Under the pieces are notes generated by a model. It was not told the DNA's origin. It did no database searches and worked only from the letters and a program-made list of their open reading frames with translations. Shown piece after piece: positions 58,695 through 64,000 of a DNA stretch of 64,000 nucleotides (positions are counted from its first letter, which is position 1; each line of letters begins with the position of its first letter). Position numbers and translations under genes: made by a program. The stretch comes from Takakia lepidozioides (Eukaryota > Plantae > Bryophyta): positions 37,386,001 to 37,450,000 of the forward strand of contig CM060733.1 of the NCBI GenBank assembly GCA_030704615.1, read 5' to 3'.

Positions 58695-59074
58695 TGGGTA
58701 GTCCATTCTGACTACGGACGGCCGGAAGAAAAGGCCCTATGTATATCTGCCTGGAAAAGGTCAGGTTTTTGCTTAAGAGACCTCAAAAGCGGCAGAATTG
58801 CCTACTTACTGACCATTACGAATGCATATTGCGCAGCTGCGTGCCAGCACAGTGGAGTGACTATCTGCTGCGTCTTTGCCCCTAAAAAGGCACAAGTAAT
58901 CTGCCCCCAAAGTCCTTTGATGTTTGCACTTTACGACCAACACAGATTGTGGATATGGAAGGTGTTAGGGTGGTCTGAAATCCAGCTGCATTAATTACAA
59001 TTAGGGAATGTCCTCTTAGCCCTAATTGAACTTTGAACGAAACAGTATTCGGCTAACTCCAGGAAACCTCAAGG

Positions 59075-59165
59075 CTATATATATACATTTTGGTATATGA
59101 CGCCTCCCTCAGGAAGCGTAAATTATGGTGTCTCTTGACCCCAAGGTTACTGCCTTCCGCTAGGA
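59075..59165 (-). mobile_element. 3' fragment of the same SINE family
   Basis: gacgcctccctcaggaagcgtaaattatggtgtctcttga is the reverse complement of the family 3' end. Confidence 0.8.
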
Positions 59166-59949
59166 ATCTCAAGGCTACCCTTGTCAGCCGGCGAGGAAAA
59201 TTTACGCTGAGCAGATTCCAATCTGACATGATGAATTTGGCATCACAAGATCTTAGAAGATGTTCTGATAAGTAGTGATGCTTGGGGTCATACGCGGAAA
59301 TCCCTAGGAATCCATTCCGGATCTCGGCACTCTACAGGCCAATTGAACTGCTACACATTATTACAATTGAGTCTTCGCTGGGTTTCTAAACATTCCCAAT
59401 GCAAAGAAAAAATGTGGAGCTAATTTATACATGCGGAAAAGTAAAATTTTAACAAATTTTATTTTGGTATCAACTTGGTGGGACAGTCTTAGTCATATAT
59501 TTCACAAAAGGGCATTTCCAGTGAAGTGTGGAGCATAATGAGCACATGGTCGACTGAGGATGTGTGCGAATGGTGCCCATAATATTGTCCCAAGTAGTAG
59601 CCACTTACAAAGTTTAGACACTCCAATAATGGATGTTTCATGAACTGAAAACAAAACCATACAATGATTGGGCCATGATTGTAGAATTGTTGCTGGCTAG
59701 GATTCATTGATCACATTTACTAATTAATGGTAAGTAAGGGTCTTGAAAACATTCAATGCTCCCTCACTGAAGCCAAAAGAAGAAGAAAATGATGGGTGAT
59801 TTTTACATTATTTCAGGAAAAAAAGAGAAAGGCAGCTAAGGGCAGCCTTGATAAAATTAAGAGGCAAGGACAAAATAACGGAATGAAGGCTTCCAAATGG
59901 GGCACAGCAAGAAATCAACCCACTCTTTTAGATATATTTGCTGCGGCCA

Positions 59950-60115
59950 TAACTAACTTGTAGCCGAGTGGTAATGGGCACATACCACCTCGGAAGTGGT
60001 TGTGGGTTCAATCCACCGATTGGTGTCACAAAGGTGTCCACCTTTCTGCCGGAAGGGCCGGATGAAGACACACCATAATTTACGCTTCCTTGGGGGGCAT
60101 CTTATTATTACTATT
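59950..60115 (+). mobile_element. tRNA-derived SINE with intact Pol III boxes
   Basis: A-box TAGCCGAGTGG (59961-59971), B-box GGTTCAATCC (60005-60014), family 3' end caccataatttacgcttccttgggggg, and a tta-type tail. Confidence 0.88.
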
Positions 60116-61744
60116 TGCTATATTTATTGGCTGACTTCTTTTGGCGGCGTTGTAGATGACAAAAAAGTGACCACCAGTCTATAGTACTCTAGTTGGATAG
60201 AACACTGAGTGCTACAAAGATGATTCTGGGTTCCTAATACTTTGTCGGGTATGTTCTTCTTCCACCTGGGTCCTTCTTGGTGCCTCATGGCGAAGTTACT
60301 ATGAAAGAGGTTCTTTTCTCCTATAACTACAATGAATGGTGATTCCCTCCTTGGCAAGGGCCTGAATTGTGAGCAGTCGCTCCCAAGTTTCCTTTTGAAG
60401 AAAAAATAAAGAAAAAAATGTGATTTGCTCCCTGGTGTTGTCCACCTAAAAACATTTTAAGGAAAATATGGATGAAAAAATGAGTTGGAGGAGCCCTAAC
60501 ACTCCAATTCTTTGAACTTTTCTTAGTTGTGCAATATTTCCTATGTAACTTATTAACCAGATATGCAATCCTGTCACGTTTCACATGTACAGGGCAGAAC
60601 CAATAAAAACAACTAATAAAGACATAATGGCTCATCTTATGAGATGCAGTGTTTTTTTTTTGTGCGACAATTCGCCACTTTTCGAGGAAGAAATTGGCCT
60701 CACGAAATCAACAAAAGGAATAATGGGTTAAACTATGGCACTATTTCGCATTACTGCCATCCCTAATGCCATCATGTCGTTGCAATGAGGACGTTGCCTA
60801 TACTAGGGAAAGAGCCACATGCCATCGGGTTCGTTAGATCTAGCTGATCTTGTCTATCAATTTCTAGAAACCCTACCAGCGCAAGGAGCAAAGTCTTGGG
60901 TTCAAACTCTTCCCGAGCTATGGAGGGAACTTTCGTTTAGGTTTCGCTTATCTGCCTAGTATCCGCTTCACGCACCTCCATTTAAGCATACTTGCACCGC
61001 CTCTTGCACTGGCACATGAGGCTTTTGAGCACAGTTGTTGAACTTGGATAAGATTAGTCATATTTGTCAATGGATTGTATCCATGTGACAGAGTAGTACG
61101 ACGCTTGGTTGCCTTTGTTTCCACAACTTCTTTGCCTTGTTATGATCTATACAAAACTTTTAAGGTATTCCAGATGTGTTTTTATTTATGTTTGTTCGTC
61201 TATACTAACATGGTTTGGTTCTATAGGTCCCGCCCTGTGCTGCAGTGGGCAGTCTTCGTGGCTGAGGTTCAATTCCTCCACATGGCATTTTCGCTCAACA
61301 ACATGCTTCACAATATGCAGTGTCGTTGTTATTTAGAGAAAATTGCCTCTCTTGTCGCTACCACGAACAGAACACTACATGAGTTGAGTTTGCATAAAAC
61401 TCATCAAACATTCTTGATAGTAGCTACCGGTTCCAGATCACATGCCACAAAGTCGCCAATTGATCTTCCTCATAGGCCAGCAAGGAGCCAACGTGGCTCA
61501 AGTTCTTAAATGATGAAAAAGCTGGTGAGATGGCCCCAGATCACCGATGTGACAAGCAAACTTGGCTAATAAGTTAGGAGAAATTATTAGAAAAAAAATT
61601 CTCTCTTTTTTGTTCTCCGGAAATAATGTAGAGCCTTTGATCACAAACTAACTTTGATCATTCATTTATTTCGACATGTTAGTATGGGATATTCGGGCCC
61701 AGAAAAATAAGTTAGAAAAATAAACCTCTTTTCTGAGCATTACA

Positions 61745-61848
61745 GGGGCAGAGCCCCAACCTGAAGGCATAGAGACAGATGACTGGGGTTTGAACCCCAG
61801 ACCCACAGGCCAATACACGAGTGGCTTACCATCAAGCCACAAACCTGT
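61745..61848 (-). mobile_element. Second tRNA-like SINE head (different family) or tRNA-derived relic
   Basis: A-box TGGCTTGATGG (61839-61829) and B-box in a T-arm-like hairpin CTGGGG-TTCAAA-CCCCAG (about 61800-61783); no full cloverleaf. Confidence 0.55.
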
Positions 61849-61876
61849 TGTGTAGAAAGATTAACTACTCATAATC

Positions 61877-62300
61877 CAGGGATGCCTCGGCGTGAGCGCG
61901 TGAGCGCAACCGCGCTCACGCCACGTCACCTTGAACAAACGCCACGTCACCGGGCTCACTCCACGTCGTCGAGCTTAAACGCCACGGCAACGCGCGCCAA
62001 GTAAGAAGCAGAGTGTATTTCCACGGAAGAGCACCCTCAACCGCGGAAACAAGTTCGACGAAATAATAAAAGGACGTGGTCATCCCCACCTGAAAGTAAC
62101 AATTGAATGCAAGATGGATGAATGTAGAGTGGATGAGAAATATATGGATATGTGGGAACAATGCAAGCGAATGGATGAATATGGGATGGATGTTGAATGG
62201 TGGAAAACATTCTTGAATGGAGGATGCATGAATACACAATAGATGAATGCACAATGGATATGACATGAGTGTGAGGGGTTTAGGGGATGGATTCATGAAG
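61877..62300. mobile_element. Putative hAT-like transposon terminus and subterminal region
   Basis: Begins CAGGGATG (matches the start of the Ac/Ds TIR); 12-bp inverted repeat ggcgtgagcgcg/cgcgctcacgcc; repeated gccacgtc motifs, then ggatga/tgaatg motifs. The other end would be outside the window. Confidence 0.5.
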
Positions 62301-62424
62301 ATTGACATTTGAATCCGAGTAGATTGTTTGATTCATTTTCTTTTCTGCCGGAACAAATGCAATGAGGCAAGGGAATTCAATGAGTTCTGAATAGGATATA
62401 AATAGAACATAAAAAATGCGAAGT

Positions 62425-64000
62425 TCAGTCTGATTCAGAGTCAGTACAATGTATCCCCGCGTCCTCTGCATCCAAGTCCAAGAATTTAAGAACTCTGGAT
62501 CTACGATGGCTACTCCTGCAGTCGGGCAATAAGAAGTCAGGGGATAGAGCCTCGGCCATTTCAAATACCATTGCTTCGGCATAGACATGAAGCACAAAAG
62601 TGGAAAGGGGAATGTCGAAAACAGTCTCGGCACAAATGGGGGTTTCTCCTGAAGATCCATCGCTGTCGTTCCTGCAAGTCAAAGCATGATAAAAGTTATT
62701 ACTGCAATTTTGATGTATGCGAAATTGAACAAGCACCCAAACTGGAATGACATTTCCATGGCCAACTTACTCACATGAGAAGTCGTTGTCGATATGCTTA
62801 TCCTCGGTATCTTCATCATTTCTGATTTGAATTTGTTCAGTCTGTGTGCCAGACGTAGAGCCAAACACAAGAGGGAGGATGACACTCTTGAATAGTTCGG
62901 TGTCGCCCTCCATGCCAAAAAGGCTTCTCCCACCAACCTTGCAAGCACAGTAAGTCGCACCTGCCAAGACAGAAAGCCTCAAGAAGGTTGTAGAGGATGC
63001 AAAATCGGATGCAAACTGGAAGACCTTGAGAATTGAAACAGTATTGAACCAACGAACCTGTGGATAGTGTGAGGTCGACCACCCTTGCAGAATGGTGGCT
63101 GCATGACTCCAAGAGCGTCTGTATGAGCGCTGGGGTTCTCTCCCTTGCACCTCTCCACGGAAACCCGTCTGGTCTTTTGGCTGTCTGACTGGAGTGCATG
63201 GAATTGTACAGCATGTCATCCACATGCGGTTCATATGGGGGGTTGATAAAACACCCCTGGTTGGAAATTTCAAAGTTGCGAACGGATGAAGGTGTTTTGG
63301 AGGTGCGAATCCGCCTCAGGCAGATTGCCTCAAACATCCTTGTCTGGCAAAGATGCAAGGTAGGAGTGAGACATAGAAATTCGAAAGAAATTCTGGCGCA
63401 GGAAAGAACAGAACATGGACTGCAAATATAAATGGAAAGTTTTTGTGATGATCGGTGCCGATCATCAAATATGGTGGTAGAGCAAGCCAGCAGAAACAAC
63501 TGAAAAGACATTGGGAAATACTTCAGAGTAGGGCGGTGTCATACCAGCTGTCTAGGGCAACCACCTTTCAGAAGGTACAGGATGTTCACACAATTCCATG
63601 TCCTCAGAATTTCGAACCTAGACGACTTCAGGTATGATGCCAGACCCCTACGACTATCCTTATCACCTGACTGGAAGAGCAAAAGCGTTCCTGCATCTGA
63701 AAGGAATTATTGCAAAATCTGAATACCCAACTCCAGTAGTTCTCATCGAATCTGTTCCAGGATGGAGTCTTTCCCTTTGCAGGAACGTCGGGGACAGGCT
63801 GGCCGTGACCATGTCAGCGGCAAAGGGTTTTTGAACACCGCATATGAATGAGGGACCATTGCTCACCTGCAGCATACAGGTAGAATTTCAAGTCAAACAG
63901 AAATGAGGATTCCAACAGAAACCATCATCTACATTGGCATACACAATTTCGAAAGTCCCATGTGAAGAGGAAGATTCTTACCAGATTAAGAAATGAAATC
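62425..64000 (-). pseudogene. Intron-containing relic of a beta-class N4-cytosine/N6-adenine DNA methyltransferase; exons 63982-64000, 63545-63866, 63058-63343, 62771-62960, 62425-62671
   Basis: Reconstructed: FAADMV-[deletion]-(Y)GQPVPDV...PSWNRFDENYWSWVFRFCN-FLSDAGTLLLFQSGD...LASYLKSSRFEILRTWNCVN...|TRMFEAICLRR...WRGARERTPALIQTLLESCSHHSARVVDLTLST|GATYCACKVGGRSLFGMEGDTELF. Motif order is IV-VIII, TRD, X-I-II. Four phase-compatible GT-AG introns and two frameshifts. Confidence 0.75.

Noticed and set aside
59950-60030. Functional tRNA gene
   Set aside because: A and B boxes are present but there is no proper cloverleaf; it continues into a shared SINE body and tail found in four copies.
60770-61510. 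Possible spliced gene fragment
   Set aside because: It has splice-like signals but multiple stops and no recognisable motif, so no call can be supported.
63229-63250. INPPY as catalytic motif IV of the amino-MTase
   Set aside because: It lies in the target-recognition region between motifs VIII and X. In beta-class order motif IV belongs at the ADMV/YG junction (63807), where a deletion is evident.

Overview
Nuclear DNA of a land plant, most likely a non-seed lineage that edits organellar RNA (inferred from an intact PPR-DYW gene and a Replitron fossil). Four conventional genes are present: the 3' end of an NAD-dependent isocitrate dehydrogenase regulatory subunit (+, 1-2306), a complete many-exon MOR1/XMAP215 gene (+, 7515-32388), a PLS-E-DYW editing factor (+, to 44643) and an 8-exon D6PK-like AGCVIII kinase (-, 48728-56627). 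The most interesting signals are mostly invisible in the ORF track and appear only after hand-splicing and frameshift correction. (1) An intron-containing relic of a bacterial-type beta-class N4C/N6A DNA methyltransferase lies next to a hAT-like terminus (62425-64000). (2) A relic ZnF-BAH-C5-cytosine methyltransferase gene sits in a transposon-like block (33960-37100). (3) OSB-type 'PDF' ssDNA-binding motifs are split over exons upstream of the PPR-DYW deaminase, with a head-to-head decayed paralogue. (4) There is a Replitron HUH transposase fossil. (5) A (TC)n-associated LINE has inserted three times in series at one site and has a conserved 3' hairpin. (6) A tRNA-derived SINE family is present, and one copy is expanded into a 110-bp tandem array in the kinase promoter. 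All domain calls are by-eye motif matches; no database searches were run.
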